A DNA stretch of 39,314 bases from positions 1 to 39,314 of the forward strand of contig JAILGY010000036.1 in NCBI GenBank assembly GCA_024696325.1, in the 5' to 3' direction. Each line of letters opens with the position of its first letter. Position 1 is the stretch's first letter. The DNA comes from a bacterium (GTDB lineage: Bacteria > Desulfobacterota > Desulfuromonadia > Desulfuromonadales > JAAYDE01). Of this stretch, positions 9,403 to 18,286 are shown in pieces. The notes below the pieces were generated by a model, which had not been told where the DNA came from, did no database searches, and was given only the letters and a program-made list of their open reading frames with translations. Both the position numbers and the translations under genes were made by a program.

Positions 9403-10737
9403 ATGCTTTTCATGGAACAATCCATTGACTATCAGCAATTCATGCCCCGTTTCCACAACGACGAAGAACTGGCCGCCATCCAGCTTCAGGGCCTGAAGTG
9501 GACGGTGCGTCACGCCTGGGAAAACTGCCCCTTCTACCATGACCGTCTGACCCAGGCCGGCGTCACACCCGACAGCATCACCTCGCTGGACGATCTGCAG
9601 CGTCTGCCCTTCACCACCACCGAGGATCTACGCGACGGCTATCCCTTCCCCTTACGTTCGGTGCCCTTCGAAAAAATCGTCCGGATCCACGCCTCATCCG
9701 GCACCACCGGCAAACGCAAGGTGCTCTGCTACACCCAGAAAGACGTCGATGACTGGATCCATCACTTTGCCCGCGCCTATGTCATGGCCGGCGTCACGGC
9801 CGAGGATCGCGTGCAGATTGCCGTCGGTTACGGCGTCTGGACCGCCGGCATCGGTTTCCAGTGCGCCTGCGAGAAAATAGGTGCCATGGCGCTGCCGGTC
9901 GGCCCCGGAAACGTCGATATGCAGTGCCAGTTCCTGGTTGATTTCCAGCCGACCGTCTACTGCTGCACCGCCTCCATGGGTTTGTTGATGGCCGAGGAGA
10001 TCCACCGCCGCAACCTTGCCGACAAGATCAACGTCCGCAAGATCATCTACGGTTCCGAACGCTCCTCGCGGAGCATGCGCGCCAGGATTTCCGAACTGTT
10101 CGGCGGCGCGGAGCTGTTCGACATCCCCGGGCTGACCGAACTGTGCGGCCCCGGATCCGGCATCGAGTGCACCGATCATGACTGCATCCACTACTGGGGA
10201 GATTACTACATTCTGGAGATCGTTGATCCCGACACGCTGCAGCCGGTTCCCGACGGCAAATGGGGTGAAATGGTCGTTACCACGCTCTGCAAGGAAGCCG
10301 CCCCGCTGATCCGTTACCGCACCCGCGACATCAGCCGCATCCTGCCCGGACGCTGCACCTGCGGTTCGCCGCTTCCCCGCCATTCCCGGATTATGGGACG
10401 CAGCGACGACATGTTCAAGTTCCGCGGCGTCAACATCTACCCCTCTTCCATCGATACCATCCTGTCGCAGATTCCCGGCCTGGGTTCCGAATATCAGGTG
10501 CACCTCAGCCGCGACGAGAAAAGCGGCCGCGACTCCATGGTCATCTGGGTGGAAAGGGAAAAGGACACCAGCGAGGAACGCAACGCCGCCATCAGCACGG
10601 AAATTATCGAACAGTGCAAAAAACGGCTGCTGGTAACCGTCAACGTCTCCATCGTCGATTACGGCGCTCTGCCGCGTTCGGAAAAGAAGAGCCAGCGGAT
10701 CTTCGACAGCCGCGGCCTCAATGAATCCGTTATTTGA
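9403..10737 (+). CDS. paaK: Phenylacetate-CoA ligase family (PaaK / coenzyme F390 synthetase-like) adenylate-forming enzyme
   Basis: 444 aa. PaaK-like N-terminus (LQGLKWTVRHAWENCPFYHDRL...LDDLQRLPFTTTEDLRDGYPF), AMP-binding SSGTTGK motif, ACT-like C-terminus. The start could be the second ATG at 9412. Confidence 0.85.
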   Translation: MLFMEQSIDYQQFMPRFHNDEELAAIQLQGLKWTVRHAWENCPFYHDRLTQAGVTPDSITSLDDLQRLPFTTTEDLRDGYPFPLRSVPFEKIVRIHASSGTTGKRKVLCYTQKDVDDWIHHFARAYVMAGVTAEDRVQIAVGYGVWTAGIGFQCACEKIGAMALPVGPGNVDMQCQFLVDFQPTVYCCTASMGLLMAEEIHRRNLADKINVRKIIYGSERSSRSMRARISELFGGAELFDIPGLTELCGPGSGIECTDHDCIHYWGDYYILEIVDPDTLQPVPDGKWGEMVVTTLCKEAAPLIRYRTRDISRILPGRCTCGSPLPRHSRIMGRSDDMFKFRGVNIYPSSIDTILSQIPGLGSEYQVHLSRDEKSGRDSMVIWVEREKDTSEERNAAISTEIIEQCKKRLLVTVNVSIVDYGALPRSEKKSQRIFDSRGLNESVI

Positions 10738-10767
10738 CGGACCCAAAAGTAGCGTTTAGTGTTACCG

Positions 10768-10848
10768 AAACACCGCTTTGGCCCGGGACCACGCCGGGGG
10801 TTCCACTTCCGGAATGACCGGACTGCGCCCTTTTCCAAAGCGGTGTTT
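10768..10848 (+). other. Long structured stem-loop element, a possible paaK terminator or small structured RNA
   Basis: A perfect 14-bp stem AAACACCGCTTTGG (10768-10781) / CCAAAGCGGTGTTT (10835-10848) encloses a 53-nt GC-rich interior. The interior has its own short palindromes (CCCGG...CCGGG, TTCCGGAA). It is followed by TGTTTCT. Confidence 0.4.
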
Positions 10849-10931
10849 TGTTTCTCAAAAGGAAAACGTATTTTATCCGAGATGTGATGAACAAAAGCCG
10901 TCGGACAAACTGGCGGCTTCTTGAAGATGCT

Positions 10932-11210
10932 TTAAAACAGATCGCTGTGGTTGCCCGTGCGCAGCAAATCCAGCAGCAGCAAATCATCATCGTATTGATA
11001 GACAAGCAGCCAATCCGCCTGGATGTGGCATTCACGGACACCAAGATAGTTTCTGGAATTGGTCAGGGGATGGTCGCGATATTGGGGAGGAAGGACTTCA
11101 TCGTTCGCGAGCATGGCTATCACTTTTTGTAAAAGCGAAATGTCGCGTCCTCGCCTCACGGCCAGCTTCATATCCTTTTTGAACTGGACATGATAGACAA
11201 TCCTACGCAT
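10932..11210 (-). CDS. yafQ: Type II toxin, YafQ/RelE-family mRNA interferase
   Basis: 92 aa. YafQ-like motifs (F.KD.KLA.RRG.D...L..V...L...E.L....RDH.L.....G.RECHI..DWLL.Y). Overlaps the antitoxin stop by 8 nt. Confidence 0.85.
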   Translation of the reverse strand: MRRIVYHVQFKKDMKLAVRRGRDISLLQKVIAMLANDEVLPPQYRDHPLTNSRNYLGVRECHIQADWLLVYQYDDDLLLLDLLRTGNHSDLF

Positions 11211-11466
11211 TCAGATCCTCCATCAGCGCCTCCACACTGTCAAAAGGACCGCTGAGGTTTCTGCCCTGCTTTACATCTTCCAGCACGGAATACGTTAAAG
11301 CGCTCGGCTCCGGATTCCGCACTTCAAAGGGAAAACCGTTATAACGGATGGCTTGCCGCAGGAACACATTGATGGCGGTCGTCATATCCATGCCCAGATC
11401 GGCAAACACCCTTTGAGCCTGTGCCTTGACTGTCGGATCCATGCGTATGGTCATGGTAGATGCCAT
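11203..11466 (-). CDS. dinJ: Type II antitoxin, DinJ/RelB family
   Basis: 87 aa. Ribbon-helix-helix DinJ-like N-terminus (TIRMDPTVKAQAQRVFADLGMDMTTAINVFLRQ). AAGGAG RBS. Directly upstream of the toxin. Confidence 0.85.
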   Translation of the reverse strand: MASTMTIRMDPTVKAQAQRVFADLGMDMTTAINVFLRQAIRYNGFPFEVRNPEPSALTYSVLEDVKQGRNLSGPFDSVEALMEDLNA

Positions 11467-11731
11467 AGAAAAACTCCTTGATAGTTATACAGCTGATAGA
11501 CAGCTAATGTATGGCTGAATGAAATCTAAAACAAGCAAATTCAACCTGCCCAAGGTAAGTTCTCCTCATGGGCGCACCGAACAGACAAAAAAGACACCAG
11601 CTTCGTTACGAGGCGGACAACATTTTGATTTTAAGCCAGATTTTGTCTGGATCGATAGTATTCCCGGCAGCCATTGGCGGTCCTTCCGCTCTGTGTCGCC
11701 GCATCTTCAGGATTTTGCGGTTATTACAACG

Positions 11732-13066
11732 TTAAAGCTGTTCCAACGCAAGGCCTATCAGCCTGTCCGCCCGATCTGCCATGAACAGCGGAATATTCAG
11801 CATATCGTCATCCAGCTTCAGATTGTCCAGAGAGAAACGCACGCGGAGTTTAACCTTGTCCGCGAACAGTTCCTTGAACTTCTTAAGGCTCCTGCTGGTT
11901 GTGTTGGCTTCGGATTTCACTTCCACAGGAATAATGTCATTTTCACGCTGAACCAGAAAATCGACTTCATAGGGAGGATTGCTTTGGCTCCAATACCGTG
12001 GCAGGACTTCAAACTGGGGAACCAAGGCCTGAAGCACAAAGTTTTCCGTCAGCGCGCCTTTGAACTCAGTAAATAAACGGTTGCCTTCTCCAAACGCCGT
12101 AGGAGCCAGCTGCGCCAGACGGCGAAGCAGTCCCACATCCACAAGATAGATCTTGAAGGCAGAGAGATCGTCATAAGCGGCTACAGGCAATCCGGGCATT
12201 GTACTGCGATAAATTTTATGCACCAGACGGGCATCCACCAGCCACTGGAGGGCATCTTCATATTCGCGCGCTCTTGCGCCATCCTTGACAACCCTGTAGA
12301 GAAACTTCTTGTTTTCCCTTGCCAGTTGGGAAGGCACCGACTTCCAAATCATGGAAATCTTTGGAAACTCACTAATGCCAGGATGCTTGGCAAAGTCTCT
12401 TTCATAGGAACCGATAATTCCTGACAGCGCTTCCTGCATGGCGGGAACATCCCGTGCCTCAGTCCACATAAGAACCGGTTCGGGCATGCCGCCAGTGACA
12501 TAGTACATCTTCAATTTTTCATACAGAGGATTGAAAAAAGCATCAGGAACAGGCGAAATGACATCGACGGTTTCAAGATAATCGACAAGGTTCGCATCGC
12601 CATTGGCAACCAGAAATTCGGAAAAGGTCATGGGATCGATTTGCATGAAGTTGACCTTGCCAACTGGAAAAGAAGATGGCTTTGCCATGGTAATGCCCAG
12701 CAGGGAACCAGCACATGCAATATGATACTGTGGAGCATTTTCGCAGAAATATTTCATGGAGTTGAGGACTTTGGGACAGTCCTGCACTTCGTCGAAGATG
12801 ATGAGGGTCTTCTCGGGCGTAATCTTCTGACCACTTGCCAGCATCAGGTTCTGCAAAAGGCGATTCACATCCTTGGTCGTTTCAAAAAACTGCCGATATT
12901 CCTCGTTTTCATCGAAATTGAAGTAGGCGGTATTTTCGTAGCAACGTTTGCCGAACTCCTTGAGAATCCATGTCTTGCCCACCTGACGCACACCCTTCAG
13001 GATCAGAGGCTTGCGATAGGGAGAATTCTTCCAGTCCACCAGTTTTTTCAAAATACATCGTTCCAT
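11732..13066 (-). CDS. AAA+ ATPase (AAA_14) with DUF4143-type C-terminal PD-(D/E)XK-like domain
   Basis: 444 aa. Walker A (GVRQVGKT), Walker B (LIIFDEVQ). C-terminal YEVDFLV...IIPVEVKS resembles a D...ExK nuclease-fold motif. Confidence 0.8.
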   Translation of the reverse strand: MERCILKKLVDWKNSPYRKPLILKGVRQVGKTWILKEFGKRCYENTAYFNFDENEEYRQFFETTKDVNRLLQNLMLASGQKITPEKTLIIFDEVQDCPKVLNSMKYFCENAPQYHIACAGSLLGITMAKPSSFPVGKVNFMQIDPMTFSEFLVANGDANLVDYLETVDVISPVPDAFFNPLYEKLKMYYVTGGMPEPVLMWTEARDVPAMQEALSGIIGSYERDFAKHPGISEFPKISMIWKSVPSQLARENKKFLYRVVKDGARAREYEDALQWLVDARLVHKIYRSTMPGLPVAAYDDLSAFKIYLVDVGLLRRLAQLAPTAFGEGNRLFTEFKGALTENFVLQALVPQFEVLPRYWSQSNPPYEVDFLVQRENDIIPVEVKSEANTTSRSLKKFKELFADKVKLRVRFSLDNLKLDDDMLNIPLFMADRADRLIGLALEQL

Positions 13067-13233
13067 GGAAACGTTCCTTCACATTTTTATTGGATTTATC
13101 GTGTATATTAACCACATTTTTATACAAATATAATAAAAAATGAATCCGGAACCCTTCTGTTGCAGACGGATACAGCCTATGCCAAAGAGCGGTGGTAAGC
13201 CGCGTCTTTTTGCTGCGCCAGGATTGTGCAAAG

Positions 13234-13272
13234 AAAAAGCCGCCAGTCTTTCGAGACTGACGGCATTTTTTC
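13234..13272. terminator. Bidirectional intrinsic terminator between the GH65 gene and the ATPase islet
   Basis: 11-bp stem GCCGCCAGTCT (13239-13249) / AGACTGACGGC (13254-13264) with one mismatch and loop TTCG. Flanked by an A-run upstream and a T-run downstream. Confidence 0.6.
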
Positions 13273-13311
13273 TTGAAGCACGAATAAGATATTGCGGGTT
13301 TGTGGAGCTCC

Positions 13312-15720
13312 TCACAGGGCAAACTCTATCTTCCCGCCGCTTTGCACCATCGATACCGCCCCACGGCATCCGACCCGCACCTGCGGTGCCCAGCCGTTAC
13401 GCAGCGCGCACACCGTGAGCAGACGGTGATCGCAGCAGACCTCCAGCAACTGTCCCCGATAGAGCAGCCGCAGGTTCAGCTGCTGCATTCCCTGGGGCAA
13501 ACGCGGATCGAACCAGAGTACATCTTCGCGCAAAGAGGCCCCCAGGTAGCAACGCTGCGTCAGATCCACCGCGCCGGCCATCGCGCCCAGATGGATTCCC
13601 TCCGGCGTCGTACCGCCCTGCGTGTCCTTGACGTCGCTTTCCAGCACCCTTGTAAAAAACTTCCAGGAACGTTCCAGATCGAAACGGGCCAGCACCCAGG
13701 AATGCACCAGCTGGCTCAGGGTTGAGCCGTGTGATGTGCGCCCCAAATAGTACTCGATGTTACGCCGGATCATCGTCTGATCGAACGCGTAGCCCAGCCT
13801 TGCGAAAAGCGCCTCGATTTCGGCCTCCGGAAACAGATAGAAGAGCATCAGCACATCGGCCTGTTTGGAAAGCTTGTAGTTGTTGGCCGATGAGCCCTCC
13901 GCTTCCAGAATGCGATCCATGCGCATGATGTCGCCATAGCGGGCACGGTACTTTTCCCAGTCCAGCTCGGCAAGCTGATCATAGCCCTCGAACTGGCTGA
14001 TAATCCCGTCACCGTGAAACACGACACGCATCTTCCGGCTGATGTTTTCCCAAAGCTCCACTTCGGCGGGCGTCAAATCAATCTTTTCGCAGACGGCGCT
14101 TTTCTGATCATCGGGCATGATGCGCAAAAGCTCCAGAGCCCGGCACAGCGTCCAAACCACCAGCACGTTGGTATAGGCATTGTTCCTCAGCCCCTTTCCA
14201 CTTTGTCCCGGATAGTCCTCGTGATATTCATCGGGCCCCATGACGCCGGTAATTTCAAAACGATCCAGTTCTTCGTTATAGAAGGCAATGCCGCTGAAGA
14301 ACCGGGCGATTTCAAAAATCATCTCGGCACCGTAAAAGGCCATGAACTCGACGTCGCGCGTGGCCTGGTAGTACTGCCAGGTGTTGTAGGCAATGGCCAG
14401 ATTGACATGACGCTGCAGGCTGGAATAATCCGGCAGCCAGCGCCCGGAACGCGGATTGAGATGCATTTTCTGGCTCTCTTCGCGCCCGCTGCTGCCGCTC
14501 TGCCAGGGATACATCGCGCCAGTGAAACCGGCGGATACGGCTGCAGCCCGCGCTTCCTCCAAGCGCCGGTAGCGGTAGCGCAGCAGCGCCCGGCTCAGTT
14601 CCGGAAAATGGAAGTTGAGCAGAGGCATGATGAAGAGCTCGTCCCAGAAGATATGCCCGCGATAGGCCTCTCCATGCCAGCCGCGTGCCGGCACTCCCAC
14701 ATCCAGATCCAGCGAGTGGGCCGACACGGTCTGCAGCAGATGGAACAGGTGCAGCCGCAGAATGCGGACAGTCTCCGTATCATCCTCGCCCTTCACATCA
14801 ATGTAGAAACGCTCCCAGAGATTCCACCAGGCACGGCTCTGATGCTCCACAAGCTGCTCGAAATTCGCGGCACGCTTGACATCCAGCAGAGCTGCCTCTC
14901 CGCATTCCGACATGACCCGATCGCGGGAGGTCCGCAGGGAAAGCGTCTTTTCGACCCGTACCTCCAGCCCCGGGGAAAGCGCCACCCGGAAACGCTGCGC
15001 CACCCAGCCCGGTTCCTCGCGCACGGCCACTTCCGGCGCAAAGGGCTCTCCGTCCAGAAAAACCCGGTTGCGCATGACCTCAACCACCACGATATCCGAC
15101 TGGCTGGTCTTCATCCGCAGTCCCACCAGATCGCCTGCACGCAGATTGGCAAGCGGCAAGAGATGCGCGGAATTCAGCTCCCGGTAGCGTTTGACGCCAG
15201 CATTGATCACCCGGCCGTCCAGCGCGGATTCAAACTCCACCTCTCCCGTCCAGTTTTCCGCTACAAGCGATACCTCCTGCGCCGCCAGATGCGGCCACTT
15301 CTGGTGCACCAGCCGCCGGTTGCTCCAGACAAAGATCCGTCCCTTTTCATCGGCAAACCGTACCCGCCGCGTCAAAAGCCCACGCCTCATATCCAGTTGC
15401 TGACGGTATTCGAGCAATTTCGCCGATTCCAGATTCAGCCAGTCTTCCCCGGGAATGCGAAATGTCAGGCGAAAGGCGTTGGGCAGATTGACCAGATCCT
15501 CATGCTCGATGGTTGTGCCCGCTATTTCCGTTTTCAGGCGGTTATAGCCGCCGGCCAGATATACCGCCGGATAATGGCAGGCATCGGCGCTTACTTCGGA
15601 TCCGGCTCCGCGAGCGGCAAAATAGCCGTTTCCCAGCGTGCAGAGCGTTTCCCGCAAGCCCTCTTCGGCAGGATTGAAGCCTTCATAGGTCAAAAGCCAG
15701 GTCTCATCACCGTGGGTCAT
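13312..15720 (-). CDS. Glycoside hydrolase family 65 enzyme (trehalose/maltose/kojibiose phosphorylase-like)
   Basis: GH65-like N-terminus (WLLTYEGFNPAEEGLRETLCTLGNGYFAARGA) and central RGWHGEAYRGHIFWDELF motif. I moved the start to the ATG at 15720, which is preceded by GGAGG; the track ORF extension to 15828 overlaps otsB. Confidence 0.85.
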   Translation of the reverse strand: MTHGDETWLLTYEGFNPAEEGLRETLCTLGNGYFAARGAGSEVSADACHYPAVYLAGGYNRLKTEIAGTTIEHEDLVNLPNAFRLTFRIPGEDWLNLESAKLLEYRQQLDMRRGLLTRRVRFADEKGRIFVWSNRRLVHQKWPHLAAQEVSLVAENWTGEVEFESALDGRVINAGVKRYRELNSAHLLPLANLRAGDLVGLRMKTSQSDIVVVEVMRNRVFLDGEPFAPEVAVREEPGWVAQRFRVALSPGLEVRVEKTLSLRTSRDRVMSECGEAALLDVKRAANFEQLVEHQSRAWWNLWERFYIDVKGEDDTETVRILRLHLFHLLQTVSAHSLDLDVGVPARGWHGEAYRGHIFWDELFIMPLLNFHFPELSRALLRYRYRRLEEARAAAVSAGFTGAMYPWQSGSSGREESQKMHLNPRSGRWLPDYSSLQRHVNLAIAYNTWQYYQATRDVEFMAFYGAEMIFEIARFFSGIAFYNEELDRFEITGVMGPDEYHEDYPGQSGKGLRNNAYTNVLVVWTLCRALELLRIMPDDQKSAVCEKIDLTPAEVELWENISRKMRVVFHGDGIISQFEGYDQLAELDWEKYRARYGDIMRMDRILEAEGSSANNYKLSKQADVLMLFYLFPEAEIEALFARLGYAFDQTMIRRNIEYYLGRTSHGSTLSQLVHSWVLARFDLERSWKFFTRVLESDVKDTQGGTTPEGIHLGAMAGAVDLTQRCYLGASLREDVLWFDPRLPQGMQQLNLRLLYRGQLLEVCCDHRLLTVCALRNGWAPQVRVGCRGAVSMVQSGGKIEFAL

Positions 15721-15778
15721 AGGCACCTCCCTTTCCAGTCTGTCCAACACCGTTTTCCCGCGCCTTGGCAAAAAATTC

Positions 15779-16579
15779 TTAGAGCATGGCCGCAAGATCG
15801 CCCAGAAAACGCCGCACCTCACGCACATCGTTCAAAGCCATTGAGGCTTCGGTAGGCCGTTCTTCCCCATCGCGCACCAGAATCCCCAGACCCCGTCCGT
15901 TCAAAGCCCGAAAGGCGTTTTCATCCGTCAGATCGTCTCCGATGTAAATCGGCAGCGTCGACTCATTGTCGGCATGCCACCGCTCCAGCAAACGCAAAAC
16001 CGCCTGCCCCTTGTCCCAGTCCATGTCGGGCACCAGTTCCCGCACCATCTTGCCGAAAGTGGCACGCAAAGCCGGATATTCCCGGGCGATTTCCTCAAAA
16101 ACCTTAAGCACGTTTTCCGTTTCTTCCGGAGCCACCTGCCGGTAATGCACCGCCAGCGCATATTTTTTACGCTCGACAAGGCAACCGGCAACCGCGGCAT
16201 AGCGCCTGCGGCAAGCCTCTTCCGCAGCATCCAGATCGGGAAGAAATTTCCCGCCTTCCGCAAGATCGGCCTTCTCTCCACCCGGCCCCGCCATGTCGAA
16301 ACCATGGCTGCCCGCATACCAGAGCGTCTCCAGTCCCACCATGCGGCGCACGTTGTCCAGATCGCGCCCACTGACAATCGCCACCTTGGTGCGGGAAGCG
16401 AGCGCGCGTAGCACATCCCGGGTTTCCGGTGCCAAAACCGCCAAATCCGGGCTGGACACTATCGGCGTCAGGGTTCCGTCATAATCCAGAAAAACCACGA
16501 TGCGCCGCGCCAGTGACTCCGACCAAAAACGCGGAAAACGGTTCAATGCGGAAAACAAATCCTGCGTCATTCGAGACAT
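15779..16579 (-). CDS. otsB: Trehalose-6-phosphate phosphatase (HAD superfamily)
   Basis: 266 aa. HAD motif I (FLDYDGTL), VAIVSGR, and C-terminal [12 protein letters not shown]. Confidence 0.85.
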   Translation of the reverse strand: MSRMTQDLFSALNRFPRFWSESLARRIVVFLDYDGTLTPIVSSPDLAVLAPETRDVLRALASRTKVAIVSGRDLDNVRRMVGLETLWYAGSHGFDMAGPGGEKADLAEGGKFLPDLDAAEEACRRRYAAVAGCLVERKKYALAVHYRQVAPEETENVLKVFEEIAREYPALRATFGKMVRELVPDMDWDKGQAVLRLLERWHADNESTLPIYIGDDLTDENAFRALNGRGLGILVRDGEERPTEASMALNDVREVRRFLGDLAAML

Positions 16580-16651
16580 CGTTCAACTCCCCTGTATGGT
16601 GGATAGTGTTGGATATGTATACTGACAAAAAATCTTCCAGTTGTCCGAAAC

Positions 16652-16697
16652 AAAAAAGCCGGATGAGCAAGTTTCCCTGCAAATCCGGCTTTTTTTA
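16652..16697 (-). terminator. Intrinsic terminator after tRNA-Pro
   Basis: Stem GCCGGAT (16658-16664) / ATCCGGC (16683-16689), flanked by A6 and T7 runs. Confidence 0.6.
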
Positions 16698-16710
16698 TAA
16701 TCTTTTTTTC

Positions 16711-16787
16711 TGGTCGGGGCGAGAGGATTTGAACCTCCGGCCCCTAGCACCCCATGCTAGTGCGCTACCAGGCTGCGCTACGCCCCG
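16711..16787 (-). tRNA. tRNA-Pro (anticodon GGG)
   Basis: Minus-strand cloverleaf. Acceptor CGGGGCG/CGCCCCG, D-arm GCGCAGCCTGGTAGCGC, anticodon stem CTAGC/GCTAG with loop ATGGGGT, T-loop TTCAAAT, and an encoded CCA end. Confidence 0.9.
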
Positions 16788-16799
16788 ACACAAGTGGCA

Positions 16800-16828
16800 A
16801 TACTACAGTTACAGGAGACATTTGTCAA
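16800..16828 (-). promoter_or_regulatory. Sigma70-type promoter for tRNA-Pro
   Basis: Minus strand reads TTGACA (16828-16823), a 17-nt spacer, then TAGTAT (16805-16800), 12 nt upstream of the tRNA 5' end. Confidence 0.5.
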
Positions 16829-16863
16829 GGATCAAAAGAGATTTTTCCCGGCAGCCCGAAAAC

Positions 16864-16892
16864 TTGACACCCAAAACGACATGGCCTATTAT
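16864..16892 (+). promoter_or_regulatory. Candidate sigma70 promoter for patB-pdxK
   Basis: TTGACA (16864-16869), a 17-nt spacer, then TATTAT (16887-16892), about 100 nt upstream of the patB ATG. Confidence 0.45.
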
Positions 16893-16992
16893 TTACCCAC
16901 CAAACTGATAGGCAATATTAGGCAAATTTATTATTCTAAAACAATCCACCAGATTTTCCCAGTATTTTCTCTCCTACGACAGGAGGCGCAGA

Positions 16993-18174
16993 ATGGGCAT
17001 CTACGATTTCGACACGGTCATTGCTCGTGAAGGCACCAATTCGGTGAAGTTTGATGCTGCCCTGCGGCTCAAGGGCAGAGACGATCTGCTGCCGCTCTGG
17101 GTCGCGGACATGGACTTCCGCCTGCCCGAAGAAATTCTCGAAGCTCTGAAAGCCCGGGTGAAACATGGCATCTTTGGCTATGCAGAACCTGGAGCGGGCT
17201 ATTTTGAAACGCTGCAGCGCTGGTTTCAGAAACAGTACCGGTACCAAATCGAAAAAGACTGGAACACCATCACGCCGGGCGTGATCTTCGCGATTGGCTG
17301 CGCAATCCGCGCCTGCACCGAACCGGGAGATGCAGTTCTCATTCAACCGCCGGTCTACCCTCCCTTTGCGAAGACAATCCGCGGGAACGGGCGAAAAATC
17401 GTCAACTCGCAGCTGCTCTACGAAAACGGCGCCTACCGCATGGATTATGACGGCTTCGAGCGCGCGATCCTTGCGGAAAAGGTCAAACTGTTCATTCTGT
17501 GCAGCCCGCACAACCCGGTCGGACAGGTATGGACAGAGGAAGAACTGCTACACATTGCCAGGATCTGCGAACACCATGGAGTGACCGTGGTTGCGGACGA
17601 GATCCACTGCGATTTCATCTACCCCGGACACCGTTTCACGCCGTGGCTGACCCTGCCGGAACGCTACGCGCGGCAGGCAATAGTTTGTACCTCGCCCAGC
17701 AAAACCTTCAACCTGGCGGGCCTGCAGATTGCCAATATCCTGATTCCCGACGAAACACTGCGGTCGCGTTTCCGGCGGGAAGTCCACGCCTGCGGCTATG
17801 GTGCGCCCAACGCCATGGGGCTTGCCGGAACGGAAGCCGCCTACCGCAAGGGTTTGCCGTGGCTCAAGGAGCTGCGCGCCTACCTGAACGGCAATCTGGA
17901 TTTCGTCCGGACCTTTCTCGCGGAAAAGCTGCCGCGGATCCGCCTGGTCGAACCGGAGGGCACCTACCTCATCTGGCTGGACTGCACAGGCCTGGGGCTG
18001 ACCAGGGAACAGCTGAGCAGCCTGATGGAGGACAGGGCAAAACTCTGGCTGGATCACGGCGATCGTTTCGGCGCGGAAACGGCACTCTTCGAACGCCTCA
18101 ACATCGCGGCACCGCGCGCGGTGCTTGAACGAGCGATGCGGCAACTCGAAGCCGCCATCTCCGGGAAAATCTGA
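16993..18174 (+). CDS. patB: PLP-dependent C-S lyase, MalY/PatB family (cystathionine beta-lyase-like aminotransferase class I/II)
   Basis: 393 aa. PatB/MalY-like N-terminus (YDFDTVIAREGTNSVKFD......LLPLWVADMDF), SPSKTFNLAGL PLP-lysine motif. AGGAGG RBS. Confidence 0.85.
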   Translation: MGIYDFDTVIAREGTNSVKFDAALRLKGRDDLLPLWVADMDFRLPEEILEALKARVKHGIFGYAEPGAGYFETLQRWFQKQYRYQIEKDWNTITPGVIFAIGCAIRACTEPGDAVLIQPPVYPPFAKTIRGNGRKIVNSQLLYENGAYRMDYDGFERAILAEKVKLFILCSPHNPVGQVWTEEELLHIARICEHHGVTVVADEIHCDFIYPGHRFTPWLTLPERYARQAIVCTSPSKTFNLAGLQIANILIPDETLRSRFRREVHACGYGAPNAMGLAGTEAAYRKGLPWLKELRAYLNGNLDFVRTFLAEKLPRIRLVEPEGTYLIWLDCTGLGLTREQLSSLMEDRAKLWLDHGDRFGAETALFERLNIAAPRAVLERAMRQLEAAISGKI

Positions 18175-18286
18175 GGGAAAACAATTCTTGATTTGAAACA
18201 TTTTCTTTGTACTGTCATGGTGCAATGCGCTACATCTTGCGAGACGCATCTGCGAAAACTACTATTTTTTGCAACAGGAGGAAGTT

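Noticed and set aside
11519-12076. 185-aa plus-strand ORF spanning the spacer and the 3' end of the ATPase gene
   Set aside because: More than half of it is antisense to the ATPase gene. No RBS and no motifs. The spacer part may simply be 3' UTR or remnant DNA.
14014-15855. 613-aa plus-strand ORF
   Set aside because: It lies entirely antisense to the well-supported GH65 and otsB genes. Its composition is Arg/Pro/Gly/His-rich and low-complexity, as expected for an open antisense frame in GC-rich DNA. No recognisable motif or RBS.
10740-16787. Genomic island integrated at tRNA-Pro
   Set aside because: I could not find a direct repeat of the tRNA-Pro 3' end and there is no integrase. The otsB-GH65 genes next to the tRNA have native-looking composition. 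Only the TA/ATPase islet looks foreign.
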